Part shown: piece by piece, positions 53,008 to 63,073 of the stretch | How the letters are laid out: each line of letters opens with the position of its first letter | Position numbering within the stretch: the stretch's first letter is position 1 | NCBI GenBank assembly: GCA_038205505.1 | Contig: JBBRBU010000014.1 | Span: 8,067 to 72,066 of the forward strand | DNA: 64,000 nt | Source of the DNA: Lysobacterales bacterium | Lineage (GTDB): Bacteria > Pseudomonadota > Gammaproteobacteria > Xanthomonadales > Rhodanobacteraceae | Direction of reading: 5' to 3' | Position numbers and translations under genes: made by a program | Notes under the pieces: model-generated | The model's input: the letters and a program-made list of their open reading frames with translations, nothing else | What the model was told of the DNA's origin: nothing | The model's database searches: none

Positions 53008-53139
53008 TCACCGCGGCGGCGTGTCCTCGTCAGCTATCCGGCTTGCTTCGGCGTCGGCGTGCAACTCGAACCACATCGCATTGAGGATGGCGAAGCTGCA
53101 GGCCAGGCCCACGCCGAGAATCCAGCTGAAATACCACAT
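53008..53139 (-). CDS. cydX: Cytochrome bd oxidase small subunit CydX
   Basis: MWYFSWILGVGLACSFAILNAMWFE, 43 aa, after cydB. Confidence 0.92.
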   Translation of the reverse strand: MWYFSWILGVGLACSFAILNAMWFELHADAEASRIADEDTPPR

Positions 53140-53194
53140 TGATCGGTTCTCCTTGGTCGGACTATTCGAGAATGCGCGAAAAGTCAGGGCTGGA

Positions 53195-54328
53195 TCAGTA
53201 CAGCGAGTGCGAGTCGCGAACATGCTGCAGGTTGATGCGTCCGCGCAGCACCCGATAGACCCAGGTCGTATAGACCAGGATCAGCGGCATGAAGATGATC
53301 ACCGCGATCAACATCAGGCCGAGCGTGTGCTGGCTAGACGAGGCATCCCATATCGTCAGGCTGCTGCGTGGATCGAGGCTTGAAGGCATCAGGAACGGGA
53401 AAAGCGCGAAACCCGCCGAAAACAGCGTTCCAATGACCATGACCGAGCTGGCCAGAAACGCGCTGCGGTGGTGCTTGCGTCGTGCCAGCATGGCGACCAG
53501 TGCGGCCATGAGGAGAGCGAGTGCAGCGATCGTGCAGGCCCAGCCACCAAGCGCACCATCAGCCAGCCAGTTGCCGCCGGTCGCCACGGTTTTCAGCAAC
53601 GGATTCGATGGCACCGTGCCAGTGATCGAACTCGAGATCGAATAGCCGTCGATGCCCAGTAGCAGCCATGCGCCAGCGGCGGCATAAGAGCCGATAAACA
53701 GCGCTGACAGCCAGCCCGATAGGTGTTCCGCTCGCGAGGCAATCGGGTCTTCCGATTTCACTGCAGCCCAGGCGCAGCCATGCAGCATCAACATGGACAG
53801 CGACACCAGGCCGACCAGCAGCGGGAACGGTCGCAGCAGTTCGATCAGGCCGCCCTCGTAGGTCATGCGCAGCGCCTCGTCGAAACGGAACGGGACGCCG
53901 AGAAACAGGTTGCCAATGGCGACGCCGAAAATCAGCGTCGGCACGACTCCGGAAACCGTGATGATCCAGTCCCAGGCATTGCGCCAGCGTGGATCTCCGA
54001 CCTTGTTGCGGAAGCTGAAGCCACCCGGACGCAGGATCAGCGCGAACAGGACCAGCAGCATGGCGAAGTAGAAACCCGAGAACGCCGCCGCATAGAGCAG
54101 CGGCCAGGCCGCGAAGATCGCGCCAGCGCCAAGCACCAGCCAGACCTGATTACCTTCCCAGGTCGGCTCGATCGCTTCGAGCAGGGCACGGCGCTCGCCG
54201 TCGTCCCGGGCCAGCACGCGGACCAGGGCGGCGATGCCGAGATCGAAGCCGTCCATAACCGCAAATCCGGCCAGCAGGATTCCGATCAACAGCCACCAGA
54301 TGATGCGCAGGGTTTCGTAGTCGATCAT
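53195..54328 (-). CDS. cydB: Cytochrome bd ubiquinol oxidase subunit II
   Basis: [16 protein letters not shown] and [11 protein letters not shown]. Confidence 0.96.
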   Translation of the reverse strand: MIDYETLRIIWWLLIGILLAGFAVMDGFDLGIAALVRVLARDDGERRALLEAIEPTWEGNQVWLVLGAGAIFAAWPLLYAAAFSGFYFAMLLVLFALILRPGGFSFRNKVGDPRWRNAWDWIITVSGVVPTLIFGVAIGNLFLGVPFRFDEALRMTYEGGLIELLRPFPLLVGLVSLSMLMLHGCAWAAVKSEDPIASRAEHLSGWLSALFIGSYAAAGAWLLLGIDGYSISSSITGTVPSNPLLKTVATGGNWLADGALGGWACTIAALALLMAALVAMLARRKHHRSAFLASSVMVIGTLFSAGFALFPFLMPSSLDPRSSLTIWDASSSQHTLGLMLIAVIIFMPLILVYTTWVYRVLRGRINLQHVRDSHSLY

Positions 54329-54474
54329 GGCCTCAGCCTTTCGCGTCTTTTCGACCGCTTGGAGATTTCATGCTCGCTTTGTTTGGCTTTGGCATTTGTG
54401 CATTCGTCCTTGATCGCGAAGGTCACGAAGCGGCCATCCAAGGCCGCACTGTTCAAAGAGGCGTATCTATTCAT
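54325..54474 (-). CDS. Possible 49-aa basic ORF bridging cydA and cydB
   Basis: ATGA overlaps at both ends (cydA stop and cydB start) and SD ggag upstream. No homology recognised. Confidence 0.3.
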   Translation of the reverse strand: MNRYASLNSAALDGRFVTFAIKDECTNAKAKQSEHEISKRSKRRERLRP

Positions 54475-56027
54475 TTTGAACTCCCCGGGATGTGTTCTGG
54501 CCACATTCCCAGGCCGTCTGGGCCTTTGCGTGCGTACTTCACCATCAGGTATGCATCTACTACTGCCAGCGCCGTGTAGAAGATCACGAAGCCTATGAGG
54601 CTTGTCCAGACTTGTGTCGCCGATACCGAGGACACCCCGAGCGCGGTTGGCAGGATGCCTTCGATCGCCCACGGTTGGCGGCCGTGCTCGGCAACGATCC
54701 AGCCAAGTTCGGCCGCGACCCAGGGCAGCGGCAGACTCCACAAGGCCATGCGCAGAAACCAGCGGTGCTTGTCGAGTTGGCGCTTCGAGGCCAGCCAGAA
54801 CGAAACCGCAAACAGGGCAATGAAGTAGAAGCCGCAAGCGACCATGATGCGGAACGACCAGAACAGCACCGGCACGTTGGGGATCGTGCTTTCGGCAGCG
54901 CGATCGATATCGGCCGCGGTCGCCTCGAGCGGATCGACATCGAGTCGGGTCAGCAGCAGCGCGTAGCCGAGATCGTTCTTGTGTGCCTCGAACTGCCTGC
55001 GCGCCTCGGCGTCCTCGCGGTTCACGCGCAGCTTCTGCATGGCCGCGTAGGCGAGCTGACCACGCTCGATCCTGGGCACCGTTTCCTCCACAAGCTGGCG
55101 GATTCCGGGCAGGACGCCGTCCAGCGAGCGTGTGCCGATCAATCCCATGAGCCACGGAATATGAATTGCGTAGTGAGTCTTGCGTTCGGCGAGATCAGGC
55201 AGCCCGATCAGGGTGAAGGCCGCCGGCGCAGGTTCGGTTTCCCACATTGCCTCGATCGCGGCGAGCTTCATCTTCTGGTGCTCGGTGATTGTGTAACCCG
55301 ACTCGTCGCCGAGGACGACGACGCTGAGCGCTGCGGCGAGGCCGAAGCTGGCCGCCACGGTCATCGAACGTTTGGCGAAGTCGACGTTGCGGCCGTTGAG
55401 CAGGTACCAGGCGCTGATCGAGAGCACGAACATTGCGCCGAGCACATAGCCGGCACTGACCGTATGCACGAACTTCGATTGCGCGACCGGGTTGAAGAAC
55501 ACCGCACTGAACGAGGTCACCTCCATGCGCATCGTCTCGATGTTGAATTCGGCGCCAACCGGATTCTGCATCCAGGCATTGGCGGCGAGGATCCACAGCG
55601 CCGACATGCTCGTGGCAAGCGCGAGCAACCAGGTCACGATCAAATGGGTGACGCGGCTGAGCTTGTCCCAGCCGAAGAAGAACAGACCGATGAAGGTCGC
55701 TTCAAGGAAGAACGCCATCAGCCCTTCGATCGCCAGCGGCGTGCCAAAGACATCGCCGACATAGTGCGAGTAGTAGGCCCAGTTGGTACCGAACTGAAAC
55801 TCGAGGGTGACTCCGGTGGCGACACCCATGGCGAAGTTGATGCCGAACAGGATGCCCCAGAACTGGGTCATGCGTTTCCAGATCTCGCGACCGGTCATGA
55901 CATAGACCGACTCCATGATCGCGAGCATGAAGACGAGGCCCATCGTCAGCGGCACAAACAGGAAGTGATACATCGCGGTCAGCGCGAACTGCAGGCGGGA
56001 AAGGTCAACGACGGTGTGATCGATCAT
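54471..56027 (-). CDS. cydA: Cytochrome bd ubiquinol oxidase subunit I
   Basis: RLQFALTAMYHFLF, EFQFGTNW and GRQPW. Confidence 0.97.
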   Translation of the reverse strand: MIDHTVVDLSRLQFALTAMYHFLFVPLTMGLVFMLAIMESVYVMTGREIWKRMTQFWGILFGINFAMGVATGVTLEFQFGTNWAYYSHYVGDVFGTPLAIEGLMAFFLEATFIGLFFFGWDKLSRVTHLIVTWLLALATSMSALWILAANAWMQNPVGAEFNIETMRMEVTSFSAVFFNPVAQSKFVHTVSAGYVLGAMFVLSISAWYLLNGRNVDFAKRSMTVAASFGLAAALSVVVLGDESGYTITEHQKMKLAAIEAMWETEPAPAAFTLIGLPDLAERKTHYAIHIPWLMGLIGTRSLDGVLPGIRQLVEETVPRIERGQLAYAAMQKLRVNREDAEARRQFEAHKNDLGYALLLTRLDVDPLEATAADIDRAAESTIPNVPVLFWSFRIMVACGFYFIALFAVSFWLASKRQLDKHRWFLRMALWSLPLPWVAAELGWIVAEHGRQPWAIEGILPTALGVSSVSATQVWTSLIGFVIFYTALAVVDAYLMVKYARKGPDGLGMWPEHIPGSSK

Positions 56028-56039
56028 CGCGGCGTTTCC

Positions 56040-56246
56040 CTATTCCTTGTCGGCTGAAAAATGCCGCTCAATCGCCTCGGGCGAAGTTTCGGCATGCGGC
56101 TGCGGACGGATAACGAGCACCCACAGCAGGGTCAGCAGGATCAGCTTGACTCCGATGATCAGCGCAAATTCAAGCGCAAATCGCCGCCCGCCGCGACCGC
56201 GAAACCAGGATCGAACAGGAATCTTGCTGGAAGCGGATTTCGACAT
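56040..56246 (-). CDS. cydP: Putative cytochrome bd-associated small membrane protein (CydP-like)
   Basis: 68 aa with a single TM (LEFALIIGVKLILLTLLW), directly upstream of cydA. Confidence 0.7.
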   Translation of the reverse strand: MSKSASSKIPVRSWFRGRGGRRFALEFALIIGVKLILLTLLWVLVIRPQPHAETSPEAIERHFSADKE

Positions 56247-56318
56247 GGGACCTCGGTCACCAGTCTAGCCGATTGTCATTCTCGCTCCAGTGGCGAGGTG
56301 TCGCACTCTTTCGCCCAC

Positions 56319-56346
56319 AAAAAACCCCGCACTGGGCGGGGTCTTT
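56319..56346 (-). terminator. Intrinsic terminator downstream of rplM-rpsI-tRNA-Gln
   Basis: Stem accccgc/gcggggt followed by a U6 tract on the minus strand. Confidence 0.75.
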
Positions 56347-56430
56347 CGATGAACTGCCTGATCCGCTGGCATCCCGGTGGACTGCTGCGAGTCCTTGTCC
56401 GGTCTGGCGGTCGGAATCCTTGACCTGGTA

Positions 56431-56504
56431 TGGCAGCCCCGGATGGATTCGAACCACCGATGCCTGAGTCAGAGTCAGGTGCCTTACCGCTTGGCGACGG
56501 GGCT
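56431..56504 (-). tRNA. tRNA-Gln (CTG)
   Basis: Cloverleaf: AGCCCCG acceptor stem, anticodon loop CT-CTG-AC, GGTTCGAATCC T-arm and encoded CCA. Confidence 0.97.
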
Positions 56505-56516
56505 ATTGGCTGTTGA

Positions 56517-56912
56517 TTAACGCTTCGAGTACTGGGTCGCGCGACGTGCCTTGTGCAGACCGATCTTCTTGCGCTCGACCTCGCGGGCGTCGCGGGTCAT
56601 GAAACCAGCCTTGCGCAGCGGCGACTTGAGGTTCTCGTCATACTCGACCAGTGCGCGGGAGATGCCCAGACGGATCGCGCCGGCCTGACCGGTCGTGCCG
56701 CCACCGGTGACGCTGACGAGGATGTCGAACTTCTCGGTCGCTTCGACCAGTTGCAGCGGCTGGCGCACGATCATGCGTGCGGTCTCGCGGCCGAAGAATT
56801 CGTCGAGCGGCTTGCCGTTGACGATGATCGCGCCGCTGCCTTTGCGCAGGAACACGCGTGCGGCGGAGGATTTGCGACGGCCGGTGCCGTAGTTCTGCTG
56901 AATCGCTGCCAT
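56517..56912 (-). CDS. rpsI: 30S ribosomal protein S9
   Basis: [21 protein letters not shown] and [11 protein letters not shown]. Confidence 0.98.
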   Translation of the reverse strand: MAAIQQNYGTGRRKSSAARVFLRKGSGAIIVNGKPLDEFFGRETARMIVRQPLQLVEATEKFDILVSVTGGGTTGQAGAIRLGISRALVEYDENLKSPLRKAGFMTRDAREVERKKIGLHKARRATQYSKR

Positions 56913-56930
56913 GACTATCGATACCTGAAG

Positions 56931-57359
56931 TTAAATATCCAGCACTTGCGGCTGCTGGGAGGTGTGCGGATGGTTCGGGCCGGCATAGACCTTGAGCTTG
57001 CGATACATCGCACGGCCCAGCGGGTTCTTCGGCAGCATGCCTTTGACGGCAATCTCGATGACGCGCTCGGGATGGGCTGCAAGCAGATCCTTGAGCGCGG
57101 TCGTCTTCAGGTTGCCGATGTAACCGGTGAACCGGTGATACATCTTGTCATTCAGCTTGTTGCCGGTGACGGCGATCTTCTCGGCGTTGACCACAACAAG
57201 GTAATCCCCGGTGTCGACGTGCGTCGTGTAGATCGGCTTGTGCTTGCCCTTGAGGCGGCGAGCTAGTTCGGTCGACAGGCGGCCAAGCGTCTTGTTGGTG
57301 GCGTCGACTATGTACCAGTCGCGCTTTACGCTTTCTGGCTTGGCGCTGATCGTCTTCAT
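56931..57359 (-). CDS. rplM: 50S ribosomal protein L13
   Basis: WYIVDA...LGRL...HKPIYT.HVDTGD and GMLPKN. Confidence 0.98.
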   Translation of the reverse strand: MKTISAKPESVKRDWYIVDATNKTLGRLSTELARRLKGKHKPIYTTHVDTGDYLVVVNAEKIAVTGNKLNDKMYHRFTGYIGNLKTTALKDLLAAHPERVIEIAVKGMLPKNPLGRAMYRKLKVYAGPNHPHTSQQPQVLDI

Positions 57360-57493
57360 ATCAAAACCTTGAATGCCCTTGATGGGCTGGATGCGGCGAA
57401 AGGCGCGGGAGAATATCGGAACGCTCCGCGTCACGCAAGTCCACGCACCGTAAAAGGCGGCGCGCAGCGAGCCGCGAATGATAGCATCAAGTT

Positions 57494-58711
57494 ATGGCCG
57501 ATACGACCCATGCGCAGGCGGACCCCGATCTCGCTGCCCTGACCGACCAATGTGTGATGTGTGGCCTGTGCTTGCCTCACTGCCCGACCTACCGGCTCGA
57601 CCAGCACGAGGCCGAGTCCCCGCGCGGCCGGATTGCTCTCGCGCGCCGGCTTTCCGCCGGTCAGCTCGAGGTTTCCGGGCCTGCCATCGCCCATCTCGAT
57701 CATTGTCTGGGTTGCCTGTCCTGCCAGGCGGTTTGCCCGTCTCAGGTGCAATACGAAGAAATCCTGATCCAGACGCGGGCGCTTCTCAATCCGATACGCC
57801 CGTCGCAGGGGCGGTGGCCTCGCTGGTTGGGAAATCCGCGTGTTCTGCTCCGTTTGGCCCGACTCGGATCCTTGCTGCGCGTGCAGCGCTGGTTGCCGAA
57901 ACTGGCCGGATTGTTGCCCGAGCACTCCTTTTCTTCGCGAATTGCCGGCGAAATTCCGTCGACGCCGAATCCTCTCGAGTTGCCGCTCAGGCCCTCGAAA
58001 CGGGCATCACGAGGCCGAATCACGTTGTTTCCCGGCTGCATTGCCAGCGTGTTCGACCGCGACACCCTGGCCTCGGGCCGATATTTGCTGACCGCGTTGG
58101 GTTATCAGGTGATCGTGCCCGATCAAGTTGTCTGTTGCGGTGCGCTGGCGTTGCATGCGGGCGAGCGCGAGCAGGCAACGCGGATTGGACAAGGCACCCG
58201 CGAGGCACTGCAAGCCTGCAATGCGCCGACCGTGCTGGTCAGTGCATCGGGGTGTCTGGGCAGCTTGCGCGATCATACGATGCGCGGCACTGGGCTTGAA
58301 GTGGCCGACATACTCGGATTCCTCGCTGCCGACCCGCATTGGAACGATCTGCGCTTGCGGCCGTTGAAACAGCGCGCAGCGCTGCATTTGCCGTGCACAC
58401 AGATGAATGTCGGTAGCGGCAGCGGCCCCGTGAGCAAGCTGTTGGCGCGAATTCCTGGGCTGGAATTGTTGCATTTGCCCGACCAGCCCGGCTGTTGCGG
58501 CGCGGCCGGAAGCTACTTCATCGAACAACCCGAACGCGCCGACAGGCTACGTAACGAAAAACTGGATCAGGTCGCGCTGCAATCGCCCGATCTGCTGTTG
58601 ACGACGAATATCGGGTGCCGGATCTTTCTCGGCAACGGCCTGCGTCAACGTGATTCGACGATTCCGGTCCTTCACCCGCTAACCTTGCTTGCTCGTCAAC
58701 TGGAGCCTTGA
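57494..58711 (+). CDS. GlcF-like iron-sulfur protein (2x[4Fe-4S] plus CCG domains)
   Basis: [28 protein letters not shown] and GCCGAAG. Confidence 0.88.
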   Translation: MADTTHAQADPDLAALTDQCVMCGLCLPHCPTYRLDQHEAESPRGRIALARRLSAGQLEVSGPAIAHLDHCLGCLSCQAVCPSQVQYEEILIQTRALLNPIRPSQGRWPRWLGNPRVLLRLARLGSLLRVQRWLPKLAGLLPEHSFSSRIAGEIPSTPNPLELPLRPSKRASRGRITLFPGCIASVFDRDTLASGRYLLTALGYQVIVPDQVVCCGALALHAGEREQATRIGQGTREALQACNAPTVLVSASGCLGSLRDHTMRGTGLEVADILGFLAADPHWNDLRLRPLKQRAALHLPCTQMNVGSGSGPVSKLLARIPGLELLHLPDQPGCCGAAGSYFIEQPERADRLRNEKLDQVALQSPDLLLTTNIGCRIFLGNGLRQRDSTIPVLHPLTLLARQLEP

Positions 58712-58713
58712 TC

Positions 58714-59355
58714 ATGGATCGACCACTTTCCCGACTCGATCGCGCTCTGGTCGAAATCGAACGCGCGCTGGGCACGGCGCTGGATCCGCAGCCAGCGGCA
58801 AGCCGGCCTTCGCCTTCCATCGGCCTCGGTGAAGCCGAACTCGGCGAGAGCGAGCGCCGCCATGCCGGCGGACTGATGCGCGTCAACCACGTTGGCGAGG
58901 TCTGCGCGCAGGCGCTGTATTCAGGACAAGCGGCGGTGGCGCGCACTCGTGAAGTCCGTCAACAACTGCTCGAAGCGGCAGCCGAGGAAACCGATCACCT
59001 GGCCTGGTGCGGTGAACGCCTGCACGAACTTGGCGACCGACCGAGCCTGCTCAATCCGCTCTGGTACGGCGGTGCCTACACGATCGGCGCAGTAGCCGGA
59101 CTGATCAGCGATCGTCTTAGCCTCGGCTTTGTCGTCGAGACCGAGCGTCAGGTCGAGGCGCATCTCGAAGGCCATCTAAGCAAATTGCCCGAGGCCGACC
59201 AACGCAGCCGCGCGATCGTCAAGCAGATGAAGGAAGACGAAGCCCGCCATGCCGACAACGCTCTGGCTGCCGGAGGCATCGAATTGCCGGGACCGGTCAA
59301 GGGAATGATGCGCCTCGCCGCCAATGTCATGCGCGCGGTGGCGTATAGAATCTAG
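58714..59355 (+). CDS. coq7: Di-iron demethoxyubiquinone hydroxylase Coq7
   Basis: [30 protein letters not shown] and DEARH. Confidence 0.95.
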   Translation: MDRPLSRLDRALVEIERALGTALDPQPAASRPSPSIGLGEAELGESERRHAGGLMRVNHVGEVCAQALYSGQAAVARTREVRQQLLEAAAEETDHLAWCGERLHELGDRPSLLNPLWYGGAYTIGAVAGLISDRLSLGFVVETERQVEAHLEGHLSKLPEADQRSRAIVKQMKEDEARHADNALAAGGIELPGPVKGMMRLAANVMRAVAYRI

Positions 59356-59396
59356 GGAATCGGGAATCGGGAATCGGGAATCGGGAATCGGGAAAA
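59355..59396 (+). repeat. Heptamer tandem array (GGGAATC)x5 plus a partial copy
   Basis: Read directly. Degenerate inverse heptamers occur at ~59540-59568. Confidence 0.95.
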
Positions 59397-59410
59397 CCGA
59401 TGCTCCATCC

Positions 59411-59471
59411 TCGTCATCCCGGTCATCCCGGCTTGACCAGCCAATCGGCTGCTGAGAGCCGCCGGGATGAC
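59411..59471. repeat. REP-like inverted repeat cgtcatcccgg...ccgggatgacg
   Basis: 11-bp arms, with a duplicated gtcatcccgg on the left. The half-site gccgggatgac also occurs at ~3468. Confidence 0.65.
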
Positions 59472-59570
59472 GGTGAAGAAAACTCTGGCCAGAATCCTGT
59501 CGCCGAGATGCCAGGATTTACCTCGCCCGGCTCTTCCTATTCCCGACTCCCCACTCCCGTTTCCCGGCTT

Positions 59571-60356
59571 TTAGGTCAAATTGCGGCCGTGGAACAGTTC
59601 CTCGATCTCGCGACGCACCAGCGCACCGATGCGCTGACGCTCCTTGTATGGAAGATCACTGGCGTTCGCTTCGAACAGATAGGTGTCGAGGTTGAAATCG
59701 CGAATGTGCATCTTCGTGTGGAACATGTTTTCCTGATACACATTGACGTCGAACATGTCGTACTTCTGACGAATGTGCTTGGCCAGGTATTCCTGCACCG
59801 AGTTGATGCGGTGGTCCATGTAGTGCTTGCGGCCCTTGATGTCACGGGTGAAGCCGCGCACGCGATAGTCGGCGATGACGATGTCCGACTCGAAGCTGTC
59901 GATCAGGAAGTTGAGCGCCTTCAGCGGCGAGATCACGCCGCAGGTGGCGACATCGATATCGGCGCGGAAAGTCGCGATACCGTTGTGCGGGTGCGTCTCC
60001 GGATAGGTATGGACGGTGATGTGGCTCTTGTCCAGATGCGCGACGACCGCGCCCGAAATCGTGTCGCGACCGAGTTTCTCGAGAACCGGTTCCTCGGAGA
60101 TCAGGATCGTGACGCTGGCGCCCTGCGGATCGTAATCCTGGCGCGCGACGTTGAGGATGTTGGCACCGATGATGTCGGCCACGTCGGTGAGGATCGTGGT
60201 CAGACGTTCGGCGTTGTAGGCCTCGTCAATATATTCGATGTAGCGCTGGCGCTCATCATCGGACACTGCATAGCAGATGTCATAGATATTGAAACTCAGC
60301 GCCTTGGTAAGGTTATTGAAGCCTTGCAGACGCAGGCGGGGAATGGGTTTGACCAC
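59571..60356 (-). CDS. speD: S-adenosylmethionine decarboxylase proenzyme
   Basis: [20 protein letters not shown] and self-cleavage site HLDK|[10 protein letters not shown]. Confidence 0.96.
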   Translation of the reverse strand: MVKPIPRLRLQGFNNLTKALSFNIYDICYAVSDDERQRYIEYIDEAYNAERLTTILTDVADIIGANILNVARQDYDPQGASVTILISEEPVLEKLGRDTISGAVVAHLDKSHITVHTYPETHPHNGIATFRADIDVATCGVISPLKALNFLIDSFESDIVIADYRVRGFTRDIKGRKHYMDHRINSVQEYLAKHIRQKYDMFDVNVYQENMFHTKMHIRDFNLDTYLFEANASDLPYKERQRIGALVRREIEELFHGRNLT

Positions 60357-60666
60357 AGATCACCTCTCCAACCCGGACCCCGGGGAAACGGCGCGCATTA
60401 TGGGCCATTCGCGCAGGTGAATAAACCTTCTTTGGTTCGATGCTTGAGACGGACCCAGCGGAAAGCCGCCAACAATGCGGTGATATCGATTGCAAAGCTC
60501 GATGCCAAGGGCGCTGCCGGATGCCCGCTTCGACCGGACCGGCGACATGTGAAGGCTGAATTGCAATAAGATTGGTGAATTGCTGCGAATCAGGGGCGCA
60601 GTCGATGGAAATTCTGTCGCGATTGTGTCGCACACGTGCGACGAAACAGGAGGTGCTCGCGTGAAA

Positions 60667-61374
60667 ATGGCTGATTTTCGTTACACTCTGCAGCGCAACG
60701 TATCCAAGGTTCAGGCTCCTGCCTCTCTGATTCCGGATCGGCAGGCGATGGAGAAGTTTCTCGGCATGTGCCATCGCCGACGCTATCCGAACAAGACCGC
60801 GATCATTCGGCCGGGCGACTCGGCCAACATCCTCTATTACGTGATCGACGGTTCGTTGACCGTGTCCTCGGAGGACGAGGAAGGCCGTGAGCTGATTCTG
60901 ACGTATCTCAATCGTGGTGAGTTCATCGGTGAGATGGGCTTGTTCGTCGAGACCCCGCGCCGTGAAGTCATGGTGCGCACGCGCACGCCGTGCGAGCTGG
61001 CCGAGATTGGTTATGAACGCCTTTTCAGCCTGATCGAAGGCCCTTTGAAGGAAGAGTGCCCGAAGCTTCTGTTCGCGATCGGCTCGCAATTGACCAATCG
61101 TCTGCTGCACACCAGCCGCAAGGTCAGCCGCCTCGCTTTCATGGATGTCACTGGCCGGGTCGGCAAGACGCTCATCGATTTGACCAATGAGCCCGATGCG
61201 ATGACGCATCCCGATGGCACCCAGATCCGCATCTCGCGCCAGGAAATCAGCCGCATCGTCGGCTGCTCGCGGGAAATGGTCGGACGCGTTCTCAAGCAAC
61301 TCGAAGAGCAGGGCATGATCACAGTCGCAGGCAAGACCATCGTCGTGCTCGGACCTCGCCCCGATCCGCTCTAG
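60667..61374 (+). CDS. crp: CRP/Clp-family global regulator
   Basis: GEFIGEMGLF cNMP-binding domain and HTH ISRQEISRIVGCSREMVGRVLK. Conserved speD-crp-trp context. The start may be GTG at 60661. Confidence 0.92.
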   Translation: MADFRYTLQRNVSKVQAPASLIPDRQAMEKFLGMCHRRRYPNKTAIIRPGDSANILYYVIDGSLTVSSEDEEGRELILTYLNRGEFIGEMGLFVETPRREVMVRTRTPCELAEIGYERLFSLIEGPLKEECPKLLFAIGSQLTNRLLHTSRKVSRLAFMDVTGRVGKTLIDLTNEPDAMTHPDGTQIRISRQEISRIVGCSREMVGRVLKQLEEQGMITVAGKTIVVLGPRPDPL

Positions 61375-61482
61375 GAGTTTTCGCGCGGGTAGAAAAAATC
61401 CTGGATCGTCTTTCCATCCGATCCGATCCGAATCCTGCCCGGCATACGCACCAAGGCCAGAGGCAGATCAGACCCATCGTCG

Positions 61483-62187
61483 TCAGAACCAGTCGACGCG
61501 CTGTGCCTCGCGCCCCAGGGCGCGGCGCACGCGCAGGCTCGTCCGCGCATCCGCATTGACCAGCACCGCCTCGCGGGCTCTCTTGAGCATCGGGATGTCG
61601 TGCGCCGAGTCGCTATAGGCAAGATCCCAGGGTTCAACGATTCCATGCAGGGCAATCTGGCCCGGTTTGGCCGACCCGAAATTGTGGACTTTCTTGCGCA
61701 TGCCGAGGCGACCTGGGCGCAATTGAGAAGCAATGATCTCGATGTCGGGCAGCCCGACCGCATCGAAGATAGCGCGCACGAGGGTGGCTTCGCAGCCGGT
61801 GACCACAACCACGCGATCGCCGTCGACCAGATGTCGACGCATGGCGCTGATGCCATTGCGGATGAAGATGCGGGGTTGGCCGACGAGCTCGATGGCAAAT
61901 TCACGGATCAGCAATTCGAATCGAGCCGGATTGACGCCGAGCAGGCTGATGCGCACAAACACACCGTTGATCGGCATACGCAATGCGCGGATGGTGTAGA
62001 GCGGCAACAGTGCCGGCAGCACGATCAAGGCCAGCAGTGTTCGCCACCACGAGCGTCGAAACCGCGATAGTACGAAACGCGAAAACGCATCGCCGCGCAT
62101 CAGTACGCCGTCGAAATCAAACAGCACGACGCGCGCAACGGGTGCCGTCGCAGCCTCGCTGGCGACGGGTCCGGCAAGATCGTCCAT
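61483..62187 (-). CDS. HAD-superfamily hydrolase (HAD-IB/SerB-like)
   Basis: FDFDGVL, VVVTG and AYSDSAHDIPML. TGATG overlap with trpC. Confidence 0.9.
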   Translation of the reverse strand: MDDLAGPVASEAATAPVARVVLFDFDGVLMRGDAFSRFVLSRFRRSWWRTLLALIVLPALLPLYTIRALRMPINGVFVRISLLGVNPARFELLIREFAIELVGQPRIFIRNGISAMRRHLVDGDRVVVVTGCEATLVRAIFDAVGLPDIEIIASQLRPGRLGMRKKVHNFGSAKPGQIALHGIVEPWDLAYSDSAHDIPMLKRAREAVLVNADARTSLRVRRALGREAQRVDWF

Positions 62188-62981
62188 CAGTCGGGGAAAA
62201 ACAATTGTTGCAGGGCTGTGCCCGGATCGGCTGCGCGCATGAAGGTTTCACCGACCAGAAACGCATCGATGCCGGCACCGTGCAATCGCGCGACATCGGC
62301 TCTCGTAGCAATGCCACTCTCGCTGATCAGCAGGCGATCCGCCGGCGCTCGCTGGCGCAGGTTCACGCTGGTATCGAGCGACACCTCGAAACTGCGCAGG
62401 TTGCGATTGTTGACGCCGATCAACGGAGCCGGGACTTCAAGCGCGCGCTCGAGCTCTTCCTCGTCATGCACTTCGACGAGCACATCGAGATCGAGTTCGG
62501 CGGCAAGCAGGCTGAGCTCAAGCAAGGCCGAATCGTCGAGCGCAGCCACAATCAACAAGATGCAGTCGGCGCCGATCGCGCGCGCTTCGTAGACTTGATA
62601 CGGATCGATCGTGAAATCCTTGCGCAGCACCGGCAGCGAACAGGCTGCGCGCGCCTGACGCAGGTAATCCTCGCTACCCTGGAAAAAATCGGCATCGGTC
62701 AGGATCGAGAGACACGTCGCACCGCCGCGCTCATAACTTTGCGCAATCGCCGCCGGGTTGAAGTCGGAGCGGATCACGCCCTTGCTCGGGCTGGCCTTCT
62801 TGATCTCGGCGATCACCGCCGGCAGGCCCGATTCGATCTTCGATTCGATGGCAGCCGCGAATCCGCGCGTGTCACCGAGATCAGCCACGCGCGCGACCAG
62901 TTCTGTCATTGAAACCCGCGCACTGCGCTCGGCAATTTCCTCAACCTTGCGCGCAAGGATGCGATCCAGAATGTCACTCAT
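62187..62981 (-). CDS. trpC: Indole-3-glycerol phosphate synthase
   Basis: [31 protein letters not shown] and LVGE. Confidence 0.97.
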   Translation of the reverse strand: MSDILDRILARKVEEIAERSARVSMTELVARVADLGDTRGFAAAIESKIESGLPAVIAEIKKASPSKGVIRSDFNPAAIAQSYERGGATCLSILTDADFFQGSEDYLRQARAACSLPVLRKDFTIDPYQVYEARAIGADCILLIVAALDDSALLELSLLAAELDLDVLVEVHDEEELERALEVPAPLIGVNNRNLRSFEVSLDTSVNLRQRAPADRLLISESGIATRADVARLHGAGIDAFLVGETFMRAADPGTALQQLFFPD

Positions 62982-62999
62982 GATTCCACCACCAATCCC

Positions 63000-63072
63000 G
63001 CGTAGAAGCCCCTTCGGGGGCGAATTTGTCGTCACAAATGCAAGAAATCCTCCCCTGATGGGGCCTCCTGCA
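63000..63072. repeat. Degenerate inverted REP doublet (GTAG-type) between trpD and trpC
   Basis: gtagaagccccttcggggcg versus the reverse complement of the right arm, gcaggaggccccatcagggg. Confidence 0.5.
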
Positions 63073-63073
63073 G

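Noticed and set aside
56247-56430. Prophage or island attachment at tRNA-Gln
   Set aside because: No integrase and no duplicated tRNA 3' end anywhere in the window. The tRNA is followed by a terminator and the cyd operon.
60614-60645. tgtcgc repeats and a gtcgcac/gtgcgac palindrome upstream of crp as a regulator site
   Set aside because: It does not match the CRP (TGTGA-N6-TCACA) consensus and is too short to assign without comparative data.
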